A stretch of DNA of 64,000 nucleotides from Azolla caroliniana (Eukaryota > Plantae > Polypodiophyta): contig JBHGNT010000011.1 in NCBI GenBank assembly GCA_043228905.1, positions 21,824,001-21,888,000 of the forward strand. The letters run 5' to 3'. The translations under genes and the position numbers were made by a program. Shown here piece by piece: positions 38,625-50,900 of the stretch. Position 1 is the stretch's first letter, and every line of letters starts with the position of its first letter. The notes under the pieces were generated by a model that saw only the letters and a list, made by a program, of their open reading frames with translations, was not told the origin of the DNA and did no database searches.

Positions 38625-41600
38625 TCACTCGTTGCTCTCCGATTCTCCGCCGGGCCCGAATTGATCGTCGCTGTCGCTCCGGCTCGCAGGCTCCGGCTCG
38701 TCTTCGAACCGCTTTTTGAACGCTTTGATCCGCTTCCTGGCCATCGGCACCGCTAACCGTGTCCCTTCGAGTTCCGCGAGGTGGTACGTGTCGTTGTCGT
38801 TTGCGCTCGTCACCATGTAGGGCCCGAACCGCCTCCTGGCAAACTTTCTCACTGCCTTGTGCTGATTGTCGAGGCTGTTGTCGTATACCAAGACCCAATC
38901 GCCTTCCTCGATCTTCTTTGGTCGCAACCGGTGCATCCGGTTGAATCGGGTCTTGTTACGCTCCCTCACTGCTCGCAACTTTTCCCTCGCCTGTATCACG
39001 TCCTCTAGCCTCCGCTCAAGTTGCCGAATCCGCGCCGCCAGCAACTCCTCCCAGCTCATTTCGTCCTTTCAATCTACCACCGCCCACGAAGAAATCGTCC
39101 GTTCCACCGGCATGATTGGCTTTTGTCCGTACATTAGCTCCGCCAGTATAAACCTTGTCACTGAACTGTGCGTGGTCCGGTCCGCCCATAGCGCGTAAGG
39201 AAGGAGTCGCGGCCAATTCCCGATCTGCCCACTGCATGCACGCACCAACGCCTTTACAATCGGTCTGTGCCCACGTTCCAAATTTCCGTTCGCCTCCGGA
39301 TTGTATGCCGTGGTGAGGGAGAGTTTGATGCCCAACCGGTCGAACAGCTCCTCGGCCTCCCGCGCATCCAGCTCTCCTCGGTCCGCCACGATCTTCCCGA
39401 CGCACCCGTACCGACACACTACTTCTTCGATCAGGAACCGGCATACCGCTGCGGTAGTCTTGCTTTGTAGTGCACGGCCTTCCACCTGGTTCATTAAGTC
39501 TTCCCGTGCAAGCACCATGTATCGCATCTGTCCTACCCCCATCGGCATCGTCACCAAGTCCACCATCCACTTGAAATGGACCGTAGGCAGGTAGGTCGGG
39601 TGTAGCTCGTCCCGGTGTCGGACTACGGAGTGCATTTGACAGCTCTCGCAAATCGTCACGAACCGATGCACCTCCTGGTACAGCCCCGACCACAAGTACT
39701 TCTCCTTCAGCTTCTCGAAAGTGGCCCACGTCTTGCGGTGTCCGGCCCAGGGGCTCTCGTGAAATGTCGTCAGTAGTTTCCCCTGTTCTTCTTTCTTTGC
39801 CACTACTCGAAGTGGAATGCCGCTTCTCTTCTTTGGGTGCCTCCATATGCACCCGTCCCGCAGGAAGAATCGGTACGCCTTCCTCCGTATCCGGCTCGCC
39901 TCCTCTCTCGCCCACGCTGCGTCCGGCGTCATCGTCCGTAGGAACCTCCCGATTTGGAGCCACTCCCCGTCGTACCTGTTTTCGTCAAATTCGTTAAGCG
40001 TCGGAGTGTTCCCTTTCCTCGTCATTACGTTAGCCGACCCGAAGAAGTCCTCGCCGACTTCTTCGTTATCCGAAACCATGTCGTCTTCGTCTTTGAACAT
40101 TGCCCTCGAAAGCATGTCGGCCATGGCATTGTCCTTTCCGGAGATGTGCCGTATCTCCGGGTTCAGGGACTTAACGTACGCTATCCACCAAAGCATTGCT
40201 AGGTCTGGTGTCACGCATCCGGAAACCATGCCGAGTATCGGCAGGCAGTCCGTCTCGATAATCACCTCCGTCCCTATCAGATAATCCTTGTCGGCCTTGA
40301 CAGCCGAAACGACACCCCAAAGTTCGCGCTTAACTTGGGCGTACCCTCGCCCCGAACTGGATCGGGAATCGTACGCCACCCTTGTCCTCCTGATTGATTA
40401 CCCACCCGATCCCAGTCGGGCTGGTGTCCACCGTTATGCAGATGGGAACATCCTTGCCGTAAACCGCTCTGCGGAGAGCCGGCGCTGCCGTAAGCACCTC
40501 TTTTAGTCTCCGAACCGACTCCGTGTGCTCCGTCCTCCACTCAAAGCTACGCCCTTTTTTTCAATAATTAGTAGAGGGGTTCCGCGACATGTGCGTAGTG
40601 CGGGATCCAGATGTGGTAGAACACGCATGCCCCCAAGAATCTGCGGACCTCCGTGACCGACCTGCAAACGTTCCTCATCGCGGAGATGGCCTCTACTTTT
40701 GCCAGAGACGATTTCCTACCGTAAGGCCCGCACAGGTGTCCGACCACCAAGATCTCCGACTGTCCGAAGGCCGACTTTTCCCCGAAGAAGGTGAGCCTCG
40801 CGCACTCTAGTCTCTACAGCACCTTCTCGCAGTCGTCGATGTGGGACGCCACGAAATTCCGACATCCGTCCGGCCCGATTGCCTCGTCCCTTTTTTCCAC
40901 CGGGCATCCCTTGATCGGGATGTCGTCTAAGAACGGCATGGTGATGTCCGGGATACAATCCCTGAGCACTTTGTTCATCGCGTTCACCATGTGAGCCACT
41001 GAGTTTGTCCCTCCTTGTGGCAGGGTACACATCCGCACTAGGCTGAGAGGAGTCCGCATCGTCGTAATGTCTCTGCTCTCCACGGCTAGTTGGAATTTAT
41101 CGTACCCCGAGTACAGATCACCGACAGAATAGATCGACCTTCCAGCGAAGGCCTCCACGAACTCGTCTATGGTTGGTCTGATCCCTCCATTACGGATGGT
41201 CACCTTGTTGACCAGTTGTAGGTCCTAGATGAAGTGCAGCGTGCCGTTCTTCTTCGGCACCATAAACCACCGATTTGAATACGGGGCACTCGACAGTTCG
41301 AGGATGCCCATCTCCACCTTTTGCTTTAGGAGCTCCATCAACTTTGGGATGTGAACTCTTGGCACCGGAATCGGCTTGAGATTCCACGGTACATGCGGTA
41401 CCATGAAGATCACCATCGGTTCGACAACTGTCGGGTCTACGCACCCGATCTCCTCCGGTGAGAATGCAAAAGCCTTCCCGTGCCTTCCGAGCATTGTCTG
41501 AAACCGGTCCTCCTCCGCCGGCAGTAGGAAGCCGCCCCCACCGACCTTGAGCTCCCGTAGCGTTATGTCGGTGAACCAGTGCCCTATGCCAGCCGGATTC

Positions 41601-42090
41601 CGTAAACTTGGGTCCGACGCGACCCCTTTCATCTGCTCCTCGCTGCCCTCCGGCAAGGGTGCCGCGACTGGCCTCACCTTCCGGTCCACCGTCTTGTATT
41701 TCGTATCCACGCGAGCCGTCCGATCCGACCCGATCCTTTCCCCGAAGTCCGCGATGACTTCGTACATTCCCATTGATCCTACTGGAACGGTCCGGTCTTC
41801 TCCAAGGTCTTCATCGATCACCTTTCGTAGTTCGCCCAAGGTGTTGTCAAAAGAGACCACCTCCACGGCGCCGCCAATGTCTTCGTCGGGGAAGAGGACT
41901 CTGCATCCCTTGAGCCGCTCCTCCGCTCGCTTCCTCTCTCGGCCGCTAACGCTGGTTATAGTACAACCTCCGTTGTCGGAGAACCAAAACTTCCTACCCA
42001 TGGTACAAGTCTTCTTCCGTACTGTACATTTGTGGGGTTGTTCCCGGGAGTCCGGACTATCGTGGCCCCACGCCTTGATAGCCCTCTCTA
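38625..42090 (-). pseudogene. Gypsy pol (RT-RNaseH-integrase), disrupted
   Basis: In-frame stops at 41225 (HFI*DL) and 39069 (VVD*KDE), plus frameshift or deletion in the RT/RNase H region (~40380-40810). Confidence 0.9.
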
Positions 42091-44310
42091 AAAATCCCCT
42101 CGGGCTTCACTGCCGAGGGCCTCGCGGTTACGCTCATGGTTTGGTCTCACCGTTAGGAACTGGACCGAGTGGCGCCCATCCTGGCTTTTGACTCTTGCAT
42201 AGGCTGAACCGTTGTCCAACACCTTGGTCTCCATCCGTGCCGCCGTGATATATGGCTCTCCTAGTATAACTGGATGCGAGGACGTCTCCTGTACGAAGAA
42301 GTGTTGGTCGATCTCGACATCGCCGATTTTCACCCGTACGTTCGAACAAGCCCCATGTAGTTCTTCCGTGGCGCGCGTCGCTGCCTGTATCTTCCAGTCG
42401 TGCTTGGTGTTGATCGGCCATTTACCCTTCTTGTAGAAATCCATGGACATCAGGTTGATTTCGGATCCATGGTCTACCAACGCCACCACCGGTTCCGGAA
42501 CGTTGACGATCCGTACGGGGGTTTCCGTAGTCGCCCTGGCCCAATGCGGCTTCGTGTAGTGGCTTCCCGCCAGCTCGTCTTCCAGGGCTTCGTCTTCCAG
42601 GTGTGTGGTCCGCACCTCCACCGGCTTCTCCGGTTCCGGCTCCGTCGAGAGCCTCTTACGCTTCACCAAGTCTACGATAGAGTCGTGGAACTCCCTCTTG
42701 GCGATCCCCAGCACCTCCCGCAACGACAGCTCCACTTTACTTTCGAGGATTCCCTCTTCAAGGACCTTCCGTAGGTCCCTTGCTCTCTCAATTTCGGTGC
42801 TCAACCGAAACCCCGCCTGCTTCTTCCCATCCGGCATGCCTGGGTTGTCGGCACCGGTCGGTTTCAGCCCGAACCGGGTCTCATACCTCGGGGGGCCGAC
42901 CCCTCCAGCCTTTCTTGCCCGTTTGTCCTCCACCAGAACCTCGTAGTTCTGGCAAGTGGCTTCTACGAAGCCCGTTTTCTCTTCCACCGGATCGTCCCAA
43001 CCGGTGACCTCTTGGACCCGTTGTTCCGCGCGGTCCGCCTCTTCCCTCCTCAGCCGAACTCTGGAGAGGCCTTCCAGCACTAGTGGCCAGAATCCGGAGT
43101 CCTTCGCCTTCCGGGTCTCATCACCCCCGACCCGAATTCCCGCCGACACTGAGTAGTTAACGACTTCGACGTGCCGTGTCGCAGCCTCTTCCATCAACCT
43201 CTTCATGCCGCCGCGCCTCGTATTCAGTTCCAGGGCTCTCCGGGTCTCGCTCGCGTGCACCCGCCCGTTCCAGAGGTACACCACGTTGGTCCTGAGCGCG
43301 TCGGCGAAGTCCGCGCAGTCCTTCCAAATGTGATCGATCGCGTCACACCACATGCACCGCAGCCCAGCCGGCGGTCTCCGGTCGCGAGGTTGTTCACCGT
43401 TGTCTCTTCGGGCCTGTGCAATTTGCAGGTCTCGTACCATCTGTGTTAGTTCCTCCAGAGCCGCTCCTCCGGACGGGCCTCTGACCACGTAGTTTGATGC
43501 CGACCCCGATTCCGACCAGATTCGGATCTCTTCCTTCCTCCCAGCCGGCACCGAAACCGGCTCCTCGAGGTTCCTCCCCGGGACCGACCCCGACCCCGAC
43601 TCCGGCCAGATTCGGATCTCTTCCTTCCTCCCAGCCGGCACCGAAACCGGCTCCTCGAGGTTCCTCCCCGGGACCGACCCCGACCCCGACGCGCTTCTGT
43701 CGCTCCAATCATGCCGTTTGTTGAAACGGCTGCAGACTCGTTTTACCACGGCCCAATCCGTCGTGAGCGCTTCGTCCGTTTCCAGTAGGGGACCCACCTT
43801 TTCCCTGTCGAGCGCATCCACCGACTTGACAAATAGTAGCACTCGACTCGTTTCGAGCACCGTCCGGTCCAGCGTCGACAGCTGCGCGAACCGTTTTTCG
43901 AACTCTTGGAGGAGCACCGACGTGTTCCTCCCTTTACCGGGGCTTTCCACCCACGCCATGAAGTCCCGCCTCGACAGCCGGAGCGAGTTGTCAAACCCGT
44001 ACTTCTCGAGGAGTTGCAACTCGAACTCCTCCCAAGTCTGGCATCCGGCCAGCACCTCGAGCACCTCGGCATGGATGCCCGGCGTCACCACCCGAGGGAA
44101 TCCGAACAACCGCCTGTCCACCGGGATATCCCTCATGATCATTTCGGCTCGGTAAGCCTCCAAATAACTTGTGGCGTCTTTCCCTCCGAAACGGCCTATA
44201 GAGTCGACGATCGATTCAATGGCTCTATCGAGGGTACCCGTTCCCTCACGAGCGCTCACTAGCCAATCAACGGCCACCGCCATTGCCTCTGCTAGCTCCA
44301 ATCCCCTCAT
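42088..44310 (-). CDS. Gypsy gag-protease ORF, open, 740 aa
   Basis: Zinc knuckle CMWCDAIDHIWKDC; aspartic protease ALVDHGSEIN...ILGEPY. Confidence 0.9.
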   Translation of the reverse strand: MRGLELAEAMAVAVDWLVSAREGTGTLDRAIESIVDSIGRFGGKDATSYLEAYRAEMIMRDIPVDRRLFGFPRVVTPGIHAEVLEVLAGCQTWEEFELQLLEKYGFDNSLRLSRRDFMAWVESPGKGRNTSVLLQEFEKRFAQLSTLDRTVLETSRVLLFVKSVDALDREKVGPLLETDEALTTDWAVVKRVCSRFNKRHDWSDRSASGSGSVPGRNLEEPVSVPAGRKEEIRIWPESGSGSVPGRNLEEPVSVPAGRKEEIRIWSESGSASNYVVRGPSGGAALEELTQMVRDLQIAQARRDNGEQPRDRRPPAGLRCMWCDAIDHIWKDCADFADALRTNVVYLWNGRVHASETRRALELNTRRGGMKRLMEEAATRHVEVVNYSVSAGIRVGGDETRKAKDSGFWPLVLEGLSRVRLRREEADRAEQRVQEVTGWDDPVEEKTGFVEATCQNYEVLVEDKRARKAGGVGPPRYETRFGLKPTGADNPGMPDGKKQAGFRLSTEIERARDLRKVLEEGILESKVELSLREVLGIAKREFHDSIVDLVKRKRLSTEPEPEKPVEVRTTHLEDEALEDELAGSHYTKPHWARATTETPVRIVNVPEPVVALVDHGSEINLMSMDFYKKGKWPINTKHDWKIQAATRATEELHGACSNVRVKIGDVEIDQHFFVQETSSHPVILGEPYITAARMETKVLDNGSAYARVKSQDGRHSVQFLTVRPNHERNREALGSEARGDF

Positions 44311-44333
44311 CTTTCGACTCCTTTGCCGCCCTG

Positions 44334-44351
44334 TTCACGTCAGGTTCACCA
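44334..44351 (-). promoter_or_regulatory. Primer-binding site complementary to tRNA-Trp
   Basis: TGGTGAACCTGACGTGAA, 4 nt from the 5' LTR; 17/18 match to the recalled plant tRNA-Trp(CCA) 3' end complement TGGTGAACCCGACGTGAA. Confidence 0.85.
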
Positions 44352-44355
44352 AATA

Positions 44356-44417
44356 TGTCGCGTTGTTACGCGCGTATGTGTAGAAAGGGGCGGGACCACG
44401 GGGGTCTTGGACCGAGG

Positions 44418-44448
<31 letters not shown>

Positions 44449-44988
44449 TTCTCTGACACGTAGGAGCGAGAAAGAGAGAAACAGAACGCAACACTTAATT
44501 ATAATGACAGAGATTACAAACTCCGACGGTTACAACCGACAAAGCGGCGACGGGCCCGACACAGGGACCCTACTCACGCACACCGACGATAGTCACCGAC
44601 TCAAGGAAACAAAGGGGAAGGGGAGCGACTCTGCTGGAAGCGCACGGGCTGTCCACGAAGCAGAGGCAGCGACCTCCCGACACCCGTAGGGAGCGACGAT
44701 TCGAGTCGCAGAGAGAGCTCCCTCTTCCGTTCTGCAGCAACCTCCCTCCTTCCCCTCGCGCGCGATGCCCCCTTCCTTCTCTTGTCAAGTCCCTTTCTAT
44801 TCCCTGTCCTCCCCTCCCTCTGACAGAGATACGCACAATCCCCTGATAAATGTGTGCCGCCTCGTATTTCACCCACCGATCCGTTTATGAATCGGGTACC
44901 AAATATCAAGTTACGCGTTCATCCGTGTAAGAGCCGATTCACGCACCTTTCTCTCCGAATCCGCCTATGGCCGATTTTCTTCACGACA
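44356..44988 (-). repeat. 5' LTR of the gypsy element, 633 bp
   Basis: Direct repeat of 37927-38555, adjacent to the PBS. Confidence 0.95.
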
Positions 44989-45790
44989 ACGTGAGCTACG
45001 TCGACTAGAAGATATGGTTGGGGTACCTTTTACATTGGGACCACAGGCAACATCCACATTGCAACCCTTTGACCTCTCGCTTCTCTTCGAGAGACTTGGA
45101 TGGAAATGAAATTAGGCCTAGTATAACATCTTTTCATTGTAGACATGTTTTTTTGTTTAGAACTATTTTTTATCTTATTTTGATTTTTTTACTTTCGATG
45201 AATGGGTAAATATCCCATTTTTTGTAAACCATTTGTCTCATGGGCCAAATTTGTCCTTAGAAGACGTTAAATATATCTTTCTTTCTTTCTTTCTCTCTCT
45301 CTCTCTCTCTCATGTGTGCGCACACACCCAAATTTTCTCTCCTTTCAAATTAAGAAGACAATCACATTATCTATTTGCTTATAAGTTGCATGTCTATAAA
45401 TCAATCATTTCATAAATGTATTTGTTGTATATATTAAGCTCATACTAATGGTGTAACAAGACATATATCTTATGTATAAATATAATTATTTAATGAAATT
45501 GTATTCTAACTCTTTAATTTGCTTTACACTTTGGAACACATTCACTAATTATTAGCCCTTTTCATTGTATCCTTAATCTTCATAGTCTTTGAGGTGTATA
45601 CTCTTGACAAGGCTATAGCAAGGTGTGTTATTGACCACTTCAAAATTAACTTGTGGCATTCATCAAGTAGAAATATAGAAGTTAGTGAATATGAAGAGGG
45701 AGACATGTATTGTGTCTTTTAGTACGCTTAATTGAATATTATAATATAGGTGTGTGAAGAAAAAGATTTCAAAATCTTTTCTTCTTCTTC

Positions 45791-47959
45791 TTTTTCCAAA
45801 AAAATACTCCTTCCATTAGTTATAAAATTTTACAAATGAGATCATTATGTACAAATCCCTCTAGGGACGCGATAATTCCATCTTATGTGTATGCCCACCG
45901 ATTCAAGAAAGGGAGAGGATGACCATTGTTGGATGAAGGCTATTCGTTGTCTTTCAACTCCATCGGAGCCACCATTGAGGCCATCATATTGGCTCTTTAG
46001 AGTGGCTACAATTTCACTCCATATCTCTTGCAGCATATTCGATGGGACGCTAGGCAGTCCCATAGAGTGTGTCATATTGATTCTACTGCATTTGGGCACT
46101 CCACACAATTAGGAGAGCTAAGGTTCCCACGTTCCCATGCTCCCATTAGTCGTGACTTATGTATTAATAGCCATTGGAATGTGGTAATTCGCCTCACGTG
46201 TTGTTGTTTCCAGATTTTCTGTCAAAACTCGGTGATAATTGTGTGAGGAACTTGATATGTGTGCCAAACCTTTGCAGCAGCCGGCTCTCGGGCGATTTGA
46301 GCAGCTAGAATGTGACGACCAAAACTAGTTGTGAATTGGAAGAAAGGGATGGGTTTGCTTCCTTGCCCCACGTAAGGATCACGCCATGTCCATTGCAAAG
46401 GGTCCCAACTGACCTTACAGAGCCATGTGTTTTCAATAGTACATATGTGCCAATCATGTTGTACTTTGATCGGATCAAGGTCTAGAATCCATTTATGACT
46501 AGTATATGCGAGTACTCGAATTGCGTTATTCTGTGTGGGCTCAATGTCTCGCAATTCAGAGCCTTCGATCCTGTCTGGTGTTCCCCTACCTCTTGAGATC
46601 AAAGATCCCTCCTCCTCGTAGCCTATCCGTTTCTCCATTGTCGGCCTTTGAGTAGCAACTTCCCTAATCAATAGAGTGTTAATGATTTCCGATCTCATAG
46701 TCCATCCACCCTTGATTCCATGGAGTATGTTGGCTTGATCTTGTAGTGGCAGTAACATAAACCGTCTCCAACATTCTATACTTTTTCCTGGACCTTTTGC
46801 AATGTATCCCCATGAAAACCCCTTACTTGATCCAAGTAGTTGATTAGATTCATCCTTGATACATGGGTTCCATAGGATACGTTGACTGAGCCAGGTAGGT
46901 TCTGAACTCGGTTGATCGCACGTGAGCCCTCATCTAATGTCGCACCATGCCTATGGATGCACTGAATCTATCCTCCAATTGGCGAGAGAAAGTAGGTTTG
47001 AGATCCATGTTTAGAATCCATCCCGTTTGGGGGGCCCAATTGACCCCTTTTCGTGGCCTAAAGTAAGTGAAACGTAACCGCAGTAGCAGTTTCCAACAGT
47101 CATTTCCTGGTTGGAGTCCTCGCACCACAAATTTGGCAAGGCTTTCGATTGTGAAAGGGGATCAATAAGACCCAATCCCCCTCTTGACTTAGGTGTTGTG
47201 AGTATAGGCTACGCCACCTTGGCGCGAATTACCTGATCTTCCTTACTAGACCAAATGTAGTTGCGTACTAGTCGTTGAATCTTATGTATACTTTCCTTGG
47301 AGATTGTCCAACATGATAGACTATACCATGTTGTTGCAAGTAGTACCTGGTTTGCCACTATGATGCGACCCGCTAGTGACAGTTTTTTCAAACTCCAATG
47401 CATCAACTTTTGTCGAATGGAATGGATAACAGGTGCAATCATAGTCTCCGACGGTATGTTGAAACCAACTTGGAAACCCAAATATTTGGTGCTCGCTCCT
47501 TGAGTGATCCATTTGAAAGCGGGATGTGGGTGCCATGCAGGATGTGTTTCATGAGAAAGCCATATTGCACAAGATTTGTGCCAATTGATCATGGCATTGG
47601 ATCTCTTGCAAAATACAGCTAACCCACTTTCTAGCTTTTGGAGGTTTTCCAAGTCTCGTTGCACGTAGACCGTTGTGTCATCTGCAAATTCTATATCCAG
47701 GATATTTTGGTGAAAATGAGGCACTGGAAGACCACGTAGGTTGAGATGCCACGAGTTGAGAAAGCAAGAGAGTGCTTCGGCGTAATCCCCCTCTCAACTT
47801 ACGTGTTGTGAGTATAGGCCACGCCACCTTGGCGCGAGTTACCTGATCTTCCTTACCAGACCAAATGTAGTTGCGTGCTAGTCATTGAATCTGATGTATA
47901 CTTTCCTTGGAGATTGTCCAACATGATAGACTGTACCATGTTGTTGCGAGTAGTACCTG
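45791..47959 (-). mobile_element. 5'-truncated L1-like LINE, degenerate ORF2 from the RT onward
   Basis: DIEFADDT, KYLGF and LSLAGRIIVANQVL motifs; C-terminal RWNYRVP; 3' tail ...CTAATGGAAGGAGTATTTTTTTGGAAAAA. Confidence 0.9.
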
Positions 47960-48959
47960 CCTTACTTCTTATGGTCATTGCATAATGTATTCCTAACGAT
48001 GGATATTGTGCTAAGTGAATATTTGTAGTGCTCCCAAGGGAGTAGAGAAATGCTCGGTAATTGTGGATATCAAAGACACGGAATGCAAAAACATGGATTT
48101 TAAGGGTATGATCCGGGTTTTCAACTATTACATGTTAGAAAGGTCTTGTTCAACTTCTTAATGTGCAAATATGAACCAATTTACACTTAGCAACCATTTA
48201 CATCTATTGAAAGACTAACTTATAACTCTTTGTGTGAATAGGATCGCTATCCGGAAAGGCTTGCAAATCTCTATTTCAAAAAGGTGTCTGATAGATAGAT
48301 TATATTATTGTCTTCAGAGGTCAAATATGACCAGGTCCCAAAAATATTACATTTCACATGATACGTGTGAAAGTGAGTAGTGACTCTCGATGTTCAAGAA
48401 CTTTACCAATGAATGTTGCAATCGAGAGTGCACATTGTGGTTGTGTGTGTGTGAGAGAGAGTGACGCTAACACAATGTTAACTAATTAGATTAACATGCT
48501 TATTTAGATTGGATTCACACTAACACTATGAAAAGCTTGCACATTTTCATCAATACTAAGTGGAAAAAACTCTATCATTCTTCACGAATCTCGTATTAGG
48601 TTTATTTAGAGGAGAGTGAAAAAACATCCAACACGAGCAAGTCCAAATGGTGGAGAGCCTTGTTTATAAGCTAATAAGGACAATGAGTAGACGCTATATC
48701 ATAATAATTTGTACAAGTATTAGTTATACAGAGAATTTAGAGGGAAATTGAATAGATTGATCCAACTAACACATCCATGCAAAAAAAAAAATCCTAAAAA
48801 GATACGCCTTGGCATTATGAAATCATAAGAAATACAAAAGTTGTGTTGGATAAACAAATATACCAACTGATTCCCTTGTACACTCATCATAGATGATTTA
48901 ATGTGTATATACAATAACCACACATAGTTTTTAATACAATACGATTCTCCAAGCCCTGA

Positions 48960-49444
48960 CCTTGGGTTCATGACCAATAAGGGCATGACCAAGCAATAAG
49001 GGCTGACCAAGCAAACACATCTCGAAGATGAAGGTATTCCAATACTTTCCTTGATTTCTTAAGCATACCACATGTAGCATACATATGAACCAAAGCAATG
49101 TCAAGAAAACATTCTTCTCCAACAATTTCCTTTTCATGACCTCATCATGAATCAAGAGCAAGACCTTCACTTCGCATTTGTTCGTAGATTCTCAATGCTT
49201 TGTTATTTTGTTCATTTTGCACACATCTGTCGATCATAATATTCCAAGAAACTACATCTCGAACTGGAAGCTCTTCAAGTACATCTTGCACTTTAATAAT
49301 CAAACCACATTTGGCATACATATCCACTAGTGCATTTCCAAGTGCGATATATTTTAATGGAAAGCACTTAGAAACAATCTTTACATGAATTTTTATGCCC
49401 ATTTCTACATCTCTAACTCTGCTACATGCTTTGAAGAAACACAT
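48960..49444 (-). pseudogene. PLS-type PPR pseudogene fragment
   Basis: LGNALVDMYAKCG...RDVVSWN, then after frameshifts IHDEVMKRKLLEKNVF/ALVHMYATCG/RDVFAWSALI. Confidence 0.8.
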
Positions 49445-50390
49445 CCATGCAGATTATCACAACTATGCTAATTTTATGCTTGAACCATGTCATATTTCTA
49501 TTCTATTGTAGCCCTTGATTTGAAGAACTACCATAATTAAATATTGACAAAGAATACCATAGTTTTTAATGAATGTATAGTTAAAGCAATGCACATGTGT
49601 TTGGAGAAAAATGTTATGTACTAGAGAAAAGTGATGTCCAAAATAGAACACAATTCAACTTGATTGGGAGATAGAACATTATGAATAACTTAATGCCACA
49701 TCGCACGTAAATTTTGAAGAATTCCATCTGTTAAAAGAAAATATCGACATAGAAGTGATAATTTGACCGAAGCATTTCATAAAAGAAAGCAGAGGCAAGT
49801 TGTAATACGTAGAGTCAGAACGATGTAAAAACAAGCAACATCTGACCCAATGTAGGTTATTTGCTATCCTTAGAACTTTATTTCAGATAAATATAAAACG
49901 GTGAATCAAGGAGTAGCATATATAATCAACAGTAATGAAATTTGGGGATAAACACCATGAATACCCTTGACTTATGACAACTTCCCCAAACACCCTTGCA
50001 TTTTGAATAAGGTCAAAACTAAAATTTTGTAATTGGATGGTTATGAGCCACTCATAGTAAAAGACGTGTTTTACTCTAATCATAATTTAATCTTAAAATG
50101 TGTGTTGATCTAACTAGTGATATCAATTTGATTTAGTTACAAGGCATGTATGTGTATGTTCGTTGTTATTTTGAAATGTTTGGGGGTATTCTAACTATTA
50201 TTTTAAGATTTTGGGGGGATGTTTGTGTTTTCTTTTTTCCTTTAAAAAAAGCAATTAAAATAAATAAGTTTGGTGCCAATGACACCATGTGTTTATTGTT
50301 TCTCTTGAAAAAAATAGGTTTGTATGTTTAAATTTATGGGGGCAACCAATTTTTTTATTTATTTGAATAACAAATAGGAAACCTCTCTTG

Positions 50391-50900
50391 TTTTTTTTAA
50401 ACCAAAAAAACACTACTCACATTAGTTAGCAAACAAAGTACATCAAAGTTCAACCATATTTAGCAAAACTCACACTTCTCCCCACAACACTAATCATAAT
50501 CCTCACCCCCTCATTTGCGACAAAAGTATCCTACTGACTCTTTTAACATTGTAACTTACTTGTACCACAACAACTATACGTATTACATCTCTTGCCCACT
50601 AATGGAAACCATTGGCGGAAACAACCATTTGGGTGCTTGGTAGTTCCATTTAGGCCTTGACGATGATTTGACCATCATTGGAGAACCACCCCATTTGAGT
50701 AGAAACTTTGATCGATCCCTTTATGCTTCATCTGACTCCCCTTGAATTGAGTCGTATCGTCCGCGTAGCCATGATACTAGCTCGAACCATATGTTTAGCA
50801 ACACCTCACCATTTGGGAGCTTTCGCTACTAAAAACAAACGTACAACGGTTGGTCCAAATGTGCCAAACCAATAAGCACGCCACCAACATCCATATCTCC
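50391..50900 (-). mobile_element. LINE 3' fragment of the same group as 45.8 kb
   Basis: VWHIWTNRC...LRGRYDSIQGESD...KWNYQAPKW, A-rich tail; 5' boundary approximate. Confidence 0.75.

Larger units (their letters stand above)
37927..44988 (-). mobile_element. Full-length Ty3/gypsy LTR retrotransposon without chromodomain; pol inactivated
   Basis: TG...CA LTRs, ACGT TSD, PBS 44334-44351, PPT ~38556-38568; gag-PR, RT (FLDD), RNase H and integrase (HHCC, GPY/F) domains. Confidence 0.97.
37515..45240 (+). mobile_element. LINE ORF2 3' fragment, split by the gypsy insertion (37515-37926 and 44993-~45240)
   Basis: RLCKLCHIEIEDEYHFTCKCPTYVEIR is a C-terminal Cys/His motif. The frame continues past one stop and across the insertion site (KIRER|ELRRLEDMVG...GWK* at 45109). 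Confidence 0.7.

Noticed and set aside
38100-44909. Many overlapping ORFs within the gypsy element and its LTRs
   Set aside because: Expected from high GC content and antisense frames; no recognisable domains.
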